Shown here piece by piece: positions 1-11,600 of a stretch of DNA of 64,000 bases. Source of the DNA: Scenedesmus sp. PABB004 (Eukaryota). The stretch lies in the NCBI GenBank assembly GCA_014905635.1, contig JABVCE010000014.1:62001-126000 (forward strand). Reading direction: 5' to 3'. The notes under the pieces were generated by a model. The model was given only the letters and a program-made list of their open reading frames with translations. It had not been told where the DNA came from and ran no database searches. A program made the position numbers and the translations under genes. The stretch's first letter is position 1. Each line of letters begins with the position of its first letter.

Positions 1-920
1 TGACAGCGCATTCGCACGCCGCTCGCCCACAAGCGCTGCGCCGCGGCCGCGCGCGGCGGGCAGGTCGGGCGGCGGGCAGGCGAGCTGGGGCAGCGCCGCC
101 GCAGCAGCCCCGCGCCGGCGGCGCGGCGCTTGTGCGCGCGCGCCGTGCGAATGCATTGTCTAGCACGGCTTGACAGCGCATTCGCACGCCGCTCGCCCAC
201 AAGCGCTGCGCCGCGGCCGCGCGCGGCGGGCAGGTCGGGCGGCGGGCAGGCGAGCTGGGGCAGCGCCGCCGCAGCAGCCCCGCGCCGGCGGCGCGGCGCT
301 TGTGCGCGCGCGCCGTGCGAATGCATTGTCTAGCACGGCTTGACAGCGCATTCGCACGCCGCTCGCCCACAAGCGCTGCGCCGCGGCCGCGCGCGGCGGG
401 CAGGTCGGGCGGCGGGCAGGCGAGCTGGGGCAGCGCCGCCGCAGCAGCCCCGCGCCGGCGGCGCGGCGCTTGTGCGCGCGCGCCGTGCGAATGCATTGTC
501 TAGCACGGCTTGACAGCGCATTCGCACGCCGCTCGCCCACAAGCGCTGCGCCGCGGCCGCGCGCGGCGGGCAGGTCGGGCGGCGGGCAGGCGAGCTGGGG
601 CAGCGCCGCCGCAGCAGCCCCGCGCCGGCGGCGCGGCGCTTGTGCGCGCGCGCCGTGCGAATGCATTGTCAAGCACGGCTTGACAGCGCATTCGCACGCC
701 GCTCGCCCGCAAGCGCCGCGGCCGCGCGCGGCAGGCGGGTTGGGCGGCGGGCGGGCGAGCTGGGGCAGCGCCGCCGCAGCAGCCCCGCCGCGGCCGCGCG
801 CGCGCGCCGGCGGCGCGGCGCTTGTGCGCGCGCGCCGTGCGAATGCATTGTCAAGCACGGCTTGACAGCGCATTCGCACGCCGCTCGCCCGCAAGCGCCG
901 CGCTGCGGCCGTGCGCGGCC
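1..920. repeat. Tandem array of a 170-bp fold-back (TIR-bearing, MITE-like) unit inside an intron of the aminopeptidase gene; runs off the left edge
   Basis: Units start TGACAGCGCATTCGCACG at 1, 171, 341, 511, 681 and 863. The first four are (near-)identical, the fifth is a diverged 182 bp and the sixth is partial. Unit ends are inverted repeats of each other. Confidence 0.95.
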
Positions 921-1053
921 GGCGGGTCTGGCGCCGCGGTTCCTGCCTCGCCCGCTGTGATCCGCGCCCGCGGCGGCCGTGCTGGCGCTGACGCCCGCCC
1001 GCGCCCTGCCTCCGCCGCCGCCGTGCCCCGCTCCGCCCCGCCGCGCGGCGCAG

Positions 1054-4000
1054 GGCGTGGTGGGGCACGAGTACTTCCACAAGTGAGTAGCTGCTGCCGG
1101 GCCGGCCCAAACCCGCCAGCCCAGCCCTGACGGCCCACCGCAGCCGCGCGGCCGCCGCGGGGCAGCTCGCGCCGGTGCCGCGCCCCGACGCTGTCCCCCG
1201 CCGTCCCCGCCGCCGCCGCTCACGCCGCGCCGCGCGCCGCACGCGCGCCCGCCGTAGCTGGACCGGCAACCGCGTGACGTGCCGCGACTGGTTCCAACTC
1301 ACGCTCAAGGTCAGGCAGGGGCGGCCCCCGGCCCGCCGCCCGCCGCGCCGCACCCCCCCCCCTGCCCCGCCGGCCTCGCCGCCGCTGCCGCCGCCCGACG
1401 CGCGCCGCCGCCGCCCCCCGCCGCGCGCCCGCCGTGCCGCCGCGCAGGAGGGCCTGACCGTGTTCCGGGACCAGGGCTTCAGCGCCGACATGAACAGCAG
1501 GGCCGTGAAGCGCATCGAGGTGCGCGCGGCAGCGCGCCGCGGGAGCAGCGGGGGGCCGCGGCGGCGCGGCAGGGCGGCGCGCGGGCGGTGTGCGCGCGCC
1601 GAGGCCGCTCCCTCCCTGCACGCGCGGCGCGCCGCGCCGCGCGCGCGCCCACCCGCTCCTCGCTCCCGCCCTTCCTCCCTCACCCGCGCGCACGCCAGGA
1701 CGTCGCGGTGCTGCGCGCGAGCCAGTTCAGCGAGGACGCGGGGCCCATGGCGCACCCGATCCGCCCCGACAGCTACATCAAGATGGACAACTTTTACACA
1801 GTCACAGTCTACGAGAAGGTGCGTGCGCGCGCGTGTGCCTGTGTGACTGTGCGTGCCTGTGTTTGTGTGCGTGTGTGTGCCTGTGTGCGTGCCTGTGTGC
1901 CTGTGTGTGTCCGCGCGCCCGCGCCTGCGCGTGCCTGTGTGCGTGCGTGCGTGCGTGCGCGCGTGCGCGCGTCGGTGCCTCGCGCGCTGCGCCGCGCCGG
2001 GCCGCGCGCGGCGCAGCACGCAGCACTCAGCCCCGTGCGCAGCACGGGGCTGAGTGCTGCGTGCTGCGTCGCGCGTCGCCCGGCGCGCCCACACCCCGCA
2101 CGCCCGCGCCCGCACCCGCGCCCGCGCCCACGCACATACACACCTGCCCACGCACCCCACTGCCCACTCACCCGCCCGCCGCCCACCCGTACAAGGGCGC
2201 TGAGATCATCCGCCTGTACCACACGCTGCTGGGGCCCGAGGGCTTCCGCAAGGGCATGGACCTGTACTTCAAGCGACACGACGGACAGGCGCGTGGGGCT
2301 GGGCGCGGCTGACTGGGCGCTGCTGCGGCGCTGACTGCGCAGCTGGCTGCCTGTGTGTGGCGCCGCCTGTGCGGCTGCGTGTGCGGCGGCTGCGTGGGAC
2401 GGCGGGGTTGTTTGACTCGCGGGCGAGCCCCTCGCCCCCGGCGCCGCGCGGCCCCGCCCTGCCCTCACTCTCGCACTCTCACACACACACCACGCGCCGA
2501 CACCGTCACCCCAGGCGGTGACCTGCGACGACTTCCTGGCCGCCATGGCCGACGCCAACGGGCAGGACCTCTCCGGCGTGGCCGCGTGGTACGGCCAGGC
2601 CGGCACGCCCACGCTGACCGTGCGCGGCGCGTACGACGCCGCCAAGAAGACCTACACCATCACCACGCACCAGGTGCTGTCTCTCTCTCTCTCTGCGGCG
2701 CGCCGTGCCGCCGCAGCGCGTCCCTCGCCCGCCGCGCGCGCGTGGGTTCGCAGGCCCGCGCGGCTCGCCCGCGCGCCGCTGCGCCGCGCCGACCCCGTGC
2801 CGCGCCGACTCCCCTCGCGCGGCAGGTGACGCCGCCGACCAACGGCCAGCCGGACAAGGTCCCTGTGCTCATCCCGCTCAAGGTGGGGGCGCCAGCTCAG
2901 CTCGGCTCAGCTCAGCGCAGCTCGGCTCGCGAGCTCCGAGCGCCGCCGCGCCGTCCCGCTCACCCGGCGCGCCCCCGACGCCACCGACGCCGCCGCCACG
3001 CGCGCCCGCGCGCGCCAGGTGGGGCTGCTGGGCCCCGACGGCGCGGAGCTGCCGCTGCACCTCGAGGGCGTCGGCGGCGTGGGGAGCGAGACGGTGCTGC
3101 GCTGCGACGCGGCGACCAACACCTTCACCTTCACAGACGTGCCGGTGCGCGGCCGCGGGGCCCTGGTGGTGGGAGGACGGGGGCAGCGGGGCGAGTCCCA
3201 AGGGGAGGTCCAGCCAGCAGGGGGGTGACCACCGCGCCAGAACGGCGGCATCCGGGGCGGCGGCGGCGCCCCGCGCGGCGCACGCCGCCGTCGCCGCCTC
3301 CCGCCAGTCTTGCTGGGCGGCATGGCGACGGCGGCGTGAGCCGTGCGCGACGCGATGCGCGTGCGGCAGGGTTAGGGGCGGCGCGCGCGGCGCACGCCGC
3401 CGTCCGCCTTGCTCGTTGCAGCGTCTTGCGGGGCGGCACGGCGACGGCGGCGTGCGCCGCGCGCGGCGCCGGCGACCCCCAATGCACGCCCAGGGGGGCT
3501 CCATGCCCACCGCCCACGCGCGCGCACCCCCTCCTCCCCCGGTCCATCCGTCGTCGGCCGGCGCCCACCCACGCGCGCGCCGCGCCGCCGCCGCCGCCGT
3601 TCCGCCCCCGCCAACGCAGGTCGAGCCGGTGCCGAGCGTGCTGCGCGGCTTCAGCGCGCCGGTCAAGCTGGTGGTGGAGGGCCAGACCGACGAGCACCTG
3701 CGCCTCATGTTTGCAGCAGACTCAGACCCCTTCAACAGGCGCGCGGCGGCGCAGTGGCGGCGGCGCGGCCGCGGCGCTGCACGGCGCCGCCGCGCGGCGC
3801 GCGCCCGCCTCGCGCTCCCCCAGCCCTGAGCCCCCCGCGCCCGCCCCCGCCGCTCCCCCGCTGCGTCACCACGCGTTACAACAACAAAATAACAACAAAA
3901 TGACAACAAAACAACAGGTGGGAGGCGGGTCAGCGCCTCTACATGAAGCTGCTGCTCGACCTCTACGCCGCCGCGGCCAAGGGCCCCGCGTCGGCGCCGC

Positions 4001-5833
4001 TCGCGGAGCGCTGCGCGGCCGGCGGCGGCGTGCCGGCGGCGCTCGTGGACGCGTTCCGCAACCTCGTGACCGACGAGTCGGCCGACGGCAGCTTCAAGGT
4101 GCGCGGGCGCGGGCGTGGGCGTGGCTGGGCGGGCGGTGTGGCTGGGCGGGCGAGACGGCGGGCCGGGCGGGGCGAGGAGGGCGCGGCCGCGCCCGCCGCC
4201 GCCGCGTGCCGCCCCTGTTCCCACGCGCCCGCCCGCCCGCGCCCCGCCGCAGGCGATGGCGATGCGGCTGCCGTCGATGAGTGAGGTGGTGGACCGCATC
4301 GACAACGCCGACCCGGTCCTGGTCTGGCAGGTGCGGCCGCGCGCGCACACGCGCCGCCGCCCGCAGGAGCGCGCGCCGCCGCGGGCTCCTCCTGCGCGCG
4401 CCCGCCGCCGCGCCGCTCTCTGCCACAGAGCACGCGCACAGCCCCTCCGCCGCACGCTAAAACCCTGCGCCGCGCGCGCGTGCCCAAACCCTCCTCGCCG
4501 CCAGGTGCGCCACTACGTGTACACCCAGCTCGCCCAGGTGCTGCGCCCGAGCTCACCGCGCTCGTCGCCGCCAACGCGTCGCCCCCGGGCGCGCCGTACA
4601 AGTTCAACGCCGCCGCGTGCGCGCGCCGCGCGGCGCGCAACATGGCGGAGGCCATCCTGGGCTCGCTCGACGATGCCGACGTGCAGGAGGCGCTGCTGCG
4701 CCGGTGCGGCCCCCGCCGCGGCGCGGCCCGCCGCGGCGCGGCCCACCACCCAGCCTCGCCTCGCCGCCCCACCCCTGTCTCACCCCTCTCTCGCCCCTCT
4801 CTCGCCCCCGTCACCCCCCCCCCCCGTGCCCGCCCAGCTTCCGCGAGGCCACCAACATGACCGACCGCATGGCCGCGCTCTCGGTGCTCGCGGACCACGA
4901 CACGCCCGGCCGCGCCGCGGCGCTGCAGGCGCGCGCGCCCGCCGCCCGCCGCCCGCCGCCGCCGCGCACGCGGCCCCGCGCGCGCGCCGCCCCACGCCGC
5001 GCCGCGCGCCGCCTGCCAGCATCCACCCACCCGCGCGCGCCGCCGCCGCCGCCGCCGCTGCTCGTGCCGCTGGCGTGCGCAGGAGTTTTACGAGGCCAAC
5101 AAGGCCAAGCCGCTCACGCTGCTCAAGTGGCTCGCCGTGCAGGCGGGCAGCGCGGTGCCGGGCAACGTCGCCAAGGTGACGCCGCGGCCGCAGCCGGGCC
5201 GGGGCGCGCCTCGCCCGCCGCCGCACCCGCACCCCGCCCGCGCTCGCCCCCCTCTCGCCCCACCCGCCCCTCCTCTCCACCCACCCGCCCCGCCCCACCC
5301 CTCTCCTCGCCCCCCCCCCTCCTCCCTTGCGTCCCGCCAGGTGCGCGCCCTGCTGGAGCACCCCGCGTTCACCATCACCACGCCCAACTGCTGCTACAGC
5401 CTCTTCCTGGGCTTTGCCCGCAGCGTCAACTTCCACGCGCCCGACGGCTCCGGCTACGCCTTCGTCGGCGACGCAGTCATCATGGTGCGCAGGGGGAGGG
5501 CGCGGGCGCGTGGGCGGGGGCGGCCGCGCGGGGTGGGGCGCGCGGGTGGTGCGGGAGGGCGGGGGGGGCGGCCGTCCGGGCGGCGGCCGAGGCCCGCTCC
5601 CTCGTCCCGTTTGACCCGCGCCCCCCTCCTCACACTCACGCACACGCACCCAGCTGGACAAGGTCAACCACCAGGTCGCGAGCCGCGTCGCGGGCGCGTT
5701 CACGACGTTCAAGCAGTACGACGCCGAGCGCCAGGCCATGATGGTCGCGCAGCTGCGCCGCATCGCCGCGGTCGAGGGGCTCAGCGAAAACGTGTTCGAG
5801 ATCGTGTCCAAGAGCCTGCAGCAGGCGGCGTGA
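1054..5833 (+). CDS. pepN: Aminopeptidase N, M1 family, bacterial PepN-type; 5' part lies outside the window; multi-exon
   Basis: Spliced exons give [36 protein letters not shown] (HEXXH...E zinc motif), [42 protein letters not shown] and [11 protein letters not shown], ending [14 protein letters not shown] (TGA 5831-5833). One apparent 1-nt frameshift near 4548. Confidence 0.95.
2012..2068. repeat. Perfect 27-bp-stem intronic hairpin
   Basis: CGCAGCACGCAGCACTCAGCCCCGTGC (2012-2038), GCA loop, exact reverse complement (2042-2068). Confidence 0.95.
3272..3465. repeat. Two tandem ~80-bp hairpin elements in a pepN intron
   Basis: Each copy is bounded by CGCGCGGCGCACGCCGCCGTC(C)GCC ... GGCGACGGCGGCGTG and shares a TCTTGC.GGGCGGCA core. 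Confidence 0.8.
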
Positions 5834-6069
5834 GCCGCGGCGCGAGCTGCGGCGCGTCGCGCGCCGAGAGCGCCGAGGCGCGTGCGCGAGCGAGTTGTTG
5901 TTACGTCTCGCCGCCCGCTCGTCAGCCCGTCCGCTCGCCCACCCGCCACCGAGGAGGCTAGGGCGCGCCACCAGCCCGCCTCTGCCAGCGCCGCCGCCGC
6001 TGTGCGCGGGCCCCGCGCGCTTGTCGTCGCAGCTGCTGCCGCGCGCCGGCGCCGCCGCTGCTCCGCCCG

Positions 6070-7848
6070 ATGTCGGACTCCGCCCCTGTTCGCGACTCCG
6101 GGGGCCGGGTGCTGGCGGACAGTGGCGTGCTCTCGCTCGAGCGCCTCACGCCCGGCGATCGCGTGCCGCCGGGCTGGCGCGCCTACGCGGCGCCGGACCG
6201 CCGGGGCATCGCCCCGGTGCCGGGCGACCAGGGTGCGGCGGCACGGCCCGCGGCGGCGGCATGGGGTGCACGCGGGGCGGCGCGCCGCTGTGCGCGCTGC
6301 TCACCCGCGCCGCGCTGCGCCGCGCCGTCAGTGATCTATGCCCTCAGCAGCGGGACCGGCGGGTCTGACCAGCCTGGCGGTGCGCCGCGCGTTGGCGTGC
6401 TGGGCTCGCCGCGCCTGCCGGCGGCGCTCGGCAGCGCGCTCCTGCGCATGACAGTCGGCGAGCGCGCTGCGCTCAAGGCCCCGCCGCACCTCATGGCGGA
6501 GGCAGTGAGCGACGACACGGCCGCCCTCACGAGCATCGCGCCGGGCCGCGGGACGCGACCGGTGGCTGCGGGCCCGGCCGCGCGCCGCGAGCAGGCGGCG
6601 CCGCCGCGCGCGGCCGGCGGCGCGCGGCGCGGGCTGTCGCCGATCCCCTCGGCCGGCGCCCTCGACGCGCGCGGCAACGGCGGCGGCAGCTCCCGCAGCA
6701 GCTGGCTGGCAGACGGCAGCAGCGCCGGCAGCGACGCCCCGCCCGGCCCTGGCGGCGGCCTACAGGCGGCACGCGGCGGCCGCGGCGCGGCGGTGGCGGG
6801 CCTGTCGCCGGGCGGCTCCGCCTGGACCTCCTCCTCCAGCGACGTGCTGGCGGTCCAGGGTGCTCCGGCGCAGCGCGGCGCCGCCGCGAGCGCCGCCGCC
6901 GCCGCCGCCGCAGACGCGCACGCAGCGGCGGCCCTCGCGGCGGCGCCGCGGCCGGCCGGCGGCGGCCCGCCGTCACCCGCGCCGCGCGCTCCGAGCGGCG
7001 GCGGCAGCTGCTTCCAGTCCGCGCGCTCCACGCCAGGAGGGTCTTTCTACTCCGCCGCCAGCCGCGCCCCCGGCAGCAGCAGCGGCAGCAGCAGCGGCAG
7101 CAGCAGCAACGACGGCGGCGGCGGCGCCGCCGCGCCGCCCCGGCCCGCCGTGCCGGCGGCCGCAGGCGCGCAGCGCGGGCCCGCCGCCGCGCGGGCGCCG
7201 CCGCCGCAGCAGGCCGCTCCGGACGACGTGCTGCACGCGGCGGCGGGCAAGCTCGCGGAGCACGCGGCGCGGCAGCAGCGCGCGGGGGGCGGGGCCGGCG
7301 GCGCGGTCTTCGCGCCCGTGCTCGCCTGGCGCCCGGCACCCAGCGGGCCCGCGGCGCCGCGCGGCGTCGCGGGCCCGCGGCCCTCCGGCACGGCGCTGCG
7401 CGCCAGCGCCGGCCCGGGCCCGGACAGCTCAGCGCCGGCCGCGGGCGGCGCGCTGGCCGGCGAGCTCGCCCGCGGCGGCGGCGCGCCCAGCGCCCCCGGC
7501 GGCGCGCCCAGCGCGCCCGGCGGCGCGGCCGAGTACGAGGTGGAGGTCCTGGGCATCATCCCCGGCCGGGGGCGGCTCTCCGGCAAGCCCCTGCTGTCGG
7601 CCGCCGCGGCGGAGCGGGGGCTCGACGTGGGCGCGCTGCCGCCGCCCGACGACGCGCGGCTCGCGCCGCCGCGGCCGCTCAAGGGGCTGTGGGGCTGGGT
7701 GCGGCGCCACCTGTCGCTCAACGTGGACGTGCCCTGGCGCGCGAGCAAGCGCGGCCTTACGCCGCTCGGGCTGCGCGGGGCGTGCTGCGGCGGCGGGCGC
7801 GGACGGGGCCCGCCGGGCGACGGCGACGGCGGCGGCGGCGGGGCGTGA
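6070..7848 (+). CDS. FKBP-fold-like protein (degenerate PPIase) with a long low-complexity insertion
   Basis: DSGVLSLERLTPGD..PVPGDQ/VIY and LPAALGSALLRMTVGERAALKAPPHLM resemble the FKBP core. AEYEVEVLGI, ~340 aa later, resembles the final FKBP strand. Probable intron at ~6233-6331. Confidence 0.55.
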   Translation: MSDSAPVRDSGGRVLADSGVLSLERLTPGDRVPPGWRAYAAPDRRGIAPVPGDQGAAARPAAAAWGARGAARRCARCSPAPRCAAPSVIYALSSGTGGSDQPGGAPRVGVLGSPRLPAALGSALLRMTVGERAALKAPPHLMAEAVSDDTAALTSIAPGRGTRPVAAGPAARREQAAPPRAAGGARRGLSPIPSAGALDARGNGGGSSRSSWLADGSSAGSDAPPGPGGGLQAARGGRGAAVAGLSPGGSAWTSSSSDVLAVQGAPAQRGAAASAAAAAAADAHAAAALAAAPRPAGGGPPSPAPRAPSGGGSCFQSARSTPGGSFYSAASRAPGSSSGSSSGSSSNDGGGGAAAPPRPAVPAAAGAQRGPAAARAPPPQQAAPDDVLHAAAGKLAEHAARQQRAGGGAGGAVFAPVLAWRPAPSGPAAPRGVAGPRPSGTALRASAGPGPDSSAPAAGGALAGELARGGGAPSAPGGAPSAPGGAAEYEVEVLGIIPGRGRLSGKPLLSAAAAERGLDVGALPPPDDARLAPPRPLKGLWGWVRRHLSLNVDVPWRASKRGLTPLGLRGACCGGGRGRGPPGDGDGGGGGA

Positions 7849-8698
7849 GGCGCGGCGTCGGCACTGCCGGCGGCGACGGGCGGGAAAGTTGTCGGGCGGG
7901 GCTCGACGCGTGCATTGCGCGGTCACTCAGTGCGCGGTCACTCAGTGCGGCCAGGCCCGTTGTCGCGCCGATCGAGGCCGCAGCCCATCGACACGGCGGC
8001 GGCCGACGGATGCGCCCGCCCTCTCTGGCCTAAGGCCGCCGACCCACACGCCGCTCGCGCGCCTCTCGGTGCGCCGCGCTGCCCCGCTCGTGCAGGGCCG
8101 CAGTCCCTGAAAGATCAAACCATCGTGCGCACTGCCGCCGCGGCGCGCGCGGGCGCTCGTGTGCGGCCGCGTCAAGAGATGCCGCCGGCGCGGCAACAAA
8201 GAACGTGCCGCCGGCCGGCCCCGTGGCGCCGTCACGCACACACACACATGTGCCTAGGCATACCGATCGCTGCGCAGTGCTGCCACGCCCGGCCCGCAGG
8301 GGAGTCGGTCAAACCAACGCCACAGCCAGGGGATCGCCGTCCGCGTCCGCCGCGCTCGTTATTGTGCGCCCGGCGGCCGGGCGGCGGGGGCGCGCGGCGC
8401 GCCCCGCCCGCCGTGCGGCGCCGCCCGCGCCACATGTACGTAGTCTACACGCGCGCAGCACGCAGCACGGTCAAGGGTCAAGGGTCATAACAGAACGATG
8501 GGGGGGCCCAGCGCGGGCGGCGTGCGCCGCACCAGCCGCGCGTGTCGGTGGCGCGGCGGCCGGGCCCTCCTCCTGGCGTGCCGTCCCCGGCACCTCCTCC
8601 CGTTAACCCCAAGCCCGCCGCCGCCGGAGCCCTCCCGCCCGCTGCGTCGTCAGCGTCGGTCGGTCATGCCCCCCCCCCCCCCCCGCGGCGCGCGTCGC

Positions 8699-11600
8699 TC
8701 AGCGCGGGTCGAGGCCGAGCGCGGCCATGCGGCGCTGCACCTGCAGCTCGCGCCGCCGCTCGCGCGAGGCCATGAGCCGCGCCGTGTACGCCGCCCAGCG
8801 CGCGTCCCAGAGGCGGACGAGCGTGGTTGCGCTGTGCAGCGACAGCACGGTGCGCCGCGCCGCCGACAGCTCCTCGTCGCCCGCCTGCCACGCGTCCCAC
8901 CAGTCGACGATCGCCGGGCCGCGCCAAAACTCCCTGCGCGCGCCAGCGGCGGCGGCGTGGGCGCACAGCGGCGCGCGCCGCGCGGCCGGGAGCGGCCGCA
9001 GCCCGGACCGCCACTGGCGGGCGTGCGTCGCGCACCAGCAGTTGTGCGCGGGGCCGCGGTCGAAGCGGTTGCAAAACCCTGCGCCCGAGTGCTGGAGGTA
9101 GAGGTAGCGGGCGCGGTTGTGCCACTCGTTCACGGTCAGGTTGGCGCCGGCGAGGCACAGCGCGCGCAGCAGCAGCGAGGACGCGATCAGCACGACCGGG
9201 AGCTGCCAGGGCGGCGGGCGGGCCGGCGGGCGGGCGGCGGTGGTGAGCGCAGCGCGGACGGGAGCGCGGCGCGGCGCGGCGAGCGTCGGCGGGCGGGCGC
9301 CCCGCCGCACCTGGAACAGCAGCAGCAGCAGCAGGCCGGGGCTCGCGCCGGCGGCGCTGCCCAGCGCCTGCAGCGTGAGCCACCAGCCGCGCAGGCCCCA
9401 GCCCGCGCCGCGCAGGCGCAGCTGCTCCAGCTCCGCGGCGCGGCTGCTCGCGCCGCGCTCCGCGCCGGCGCCGGCCACCACCGGCCCCGCCTCAAACGCC
9501 GCCGCTGCCGCAGCGGCGGCGTCGGCCACGGCGGCCGCGGCTGCGCCCGCCAGCGCGCTGGCGTTGGCCGCCGCCGCCGCCGCCGCGCCGGCCGCCGCTG
9601 CGGCTGCGCCGCCCGCGCCCGCCGCGTCGCCCGGCTGCAGCAGCACGTCAGCCGCGCCGGCGGCGCCGCCGTCGCCGAGGGTCGGCGCGGCGCCGAGCGG
9701 CTGCGCGGCGAGGTGCTGCTGCACCAGCAGGCCGCCGAGCAGGTGCGCAAACAGCAGCGAGGCCGCCAGCACGGCGGCGAGGTAGCAAACAAACGTGCGG
9801 TGGTTGCGCGCGCCCACGCAGTTGCCGATGACGGGGCAGTGGTGGTCAAAGCGCTCCACGCAGCGCCTGGCGCGCGCGGGCGGGCCGGCGAGTCGGCGCG
9901 CGAGCGCGGCGGGGCGCGGCGGGGCGCGGCGGAGCGCGGCGGGGCGCGGCGGGCCGCGCGAGCGCGGGGCGCCCACGACAGACACGCACTTGCAGATCGG
10001 GCAGTGCTTGCTGCGCAGGTTGCGCTCCACGCCGCAGGTCCAGCAGCTTGTCATCGTGCGGCCGGCCAGCTTGGGCCCCGGCGCGCGCGCCGGCTTGGCG
10101 CCGCCGAGCAGCGGCGCCGACTCCCCGGCCGGCGCCGCGCCGGGCGCCTGGCCGGCGCCGCGGTCGCGCAGGTCGGCGGTGGACGACTGCTGCTGCTCGT
10201 CCGCTGCCGCCGCCGGGGCGTCGGCGCCGGCGCCGGCGGCTGACGGCCCCGTGGTGTCGGCGCCGCCGGGCTGCGCCGCGAGGTGCCGGGCGTACGGCCC
10301 CTCCTCTGCACGGCGGCGGCGGCGGCGGCGGCGGCGCTCGTCGTGCGTGCGCGGCGCCGCGGTCGATGCAGCCCTCGCGCCGCGCGCGCCCTCGCGAGCG
10401 CGGCGGCCGGCGCGCACCCGCGTCCAGCAGCGGCGTGTAGCCCGGGTCTGCCAGGTGCGCCGAGAGGTGGAGGCCGAGCACCGCGCCGGCGGCGCCCAGC
10501 ATGGCGAGGCACTGCGCGCCGTGGCCGAGCCACATGGGCGGCAGCACGTGCCGCACAAACGCACCTGCGCGGCGGGCGGGCGGGCGGGCCGAGGCGGGGC
10601 GCGTGTGCGGGCGGGCGGTGCGGCGCCGTCAGCTGCCGCTCCTGCTGGGCGCTGCGGCCGCTGCTGCTGCTGCCGCCGGCCGCCGCCGCACCGGCACACA
10701 TGACCTCCAGCGACGCGACCATCATTGGTGCGACGCGGCTGAGCGGCAGCTGCCGCGTCGGCACGCCCGCCCAGCGCACCGCCATGAGCCACAGGCCACC
10801 CCAGAAGGCGGACAGCCCGAGCGCGAGCAGCTGCCACAGCGCCAGCAGGCCGCTCGACGCGGCGAGGCCGACGAGCGCGAGCCAGAGCGGCGGGAAGAGC
10901 GCGTCAGCGTAGGTGCAGTACGCCCGCCTGCGCGCGGCACGTGGCGGCGCGGGCGGCAGGTCGGCGCGGGCCGCGCCGTGCCGCTCGCGGCGCCCGTCGG
11001 CGGTGGAGCGCGTGCGCGCGCCAGCTGTCGGCGGGCGGTTTGAACCGACGCGCCGCGGGGCGCACCGGTACAGCTCCAGGTAGTCGCCCGGGTACTCCCC
11101 GCTGTCAGCGGGCCGCCACGCGCTCGGCGTGACGTCCTCGTAGTAGGAGCGCGCGCGCAGCGCGCCAGCGGCAGTGCCCGCGGACGCGGACGCGCCGGCG
11201 GGCGCGCCGCCGCCGGCGGGGTCGGCGGCGCAGGCGCTGCCGCCGCGCGGCGGCGCCGGCGCCGCCGCGGTCTCAAACGCGTGGCGCGGCGCGGCGGCCG
11301 CCGCCGAGGCCGCGCCCGCGCCGGCGGCGCCTGCGGAGACGCCCGCGCCGGCGCCGGCGGCGGCAAAGGACCCCGTGCTTGCGGAGCGCGGCGGTGCGCC
11401 GGCCGCGCCGCGCGGCTGCTGCCCCACCACGCTGGTGGGGCCAGCGATCGACACGCGCGGCCCCGCAGCGGCGGCGCGCCCGCCGCCTGCTGCTTGGCCC
11501 GCGGCGCCGCCCTGCCGCCCCGCGCGCCGCCGCTGCCGCCGCTGCCGGCGGTGCTGAGGCGCGGCGCGGCGCCCGCGGCGGCGGCAGCGGCGGCCGCTGC

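Noticed and set aside
1..920. CRISPR array, or the repeated small ORFs in the ORF track
   Set aside because: Whole units repeat with no unique spacers, there are no cas genes and the context is a eukaryotic intron. The ORFs are by-products of the repeat.
4540..4555. Programmed frameshifting or pseudogenisation at the apparent frameshifts (pepN ~4548, REX1-B ~42230, gene 51211 ~53128, DHHC ~11500)
   Set aside because: They fall in C/G runs or short GC repeats inside otherwise intact genes. Assembly indel errors are the simplest explanation; read-level checks are needed.
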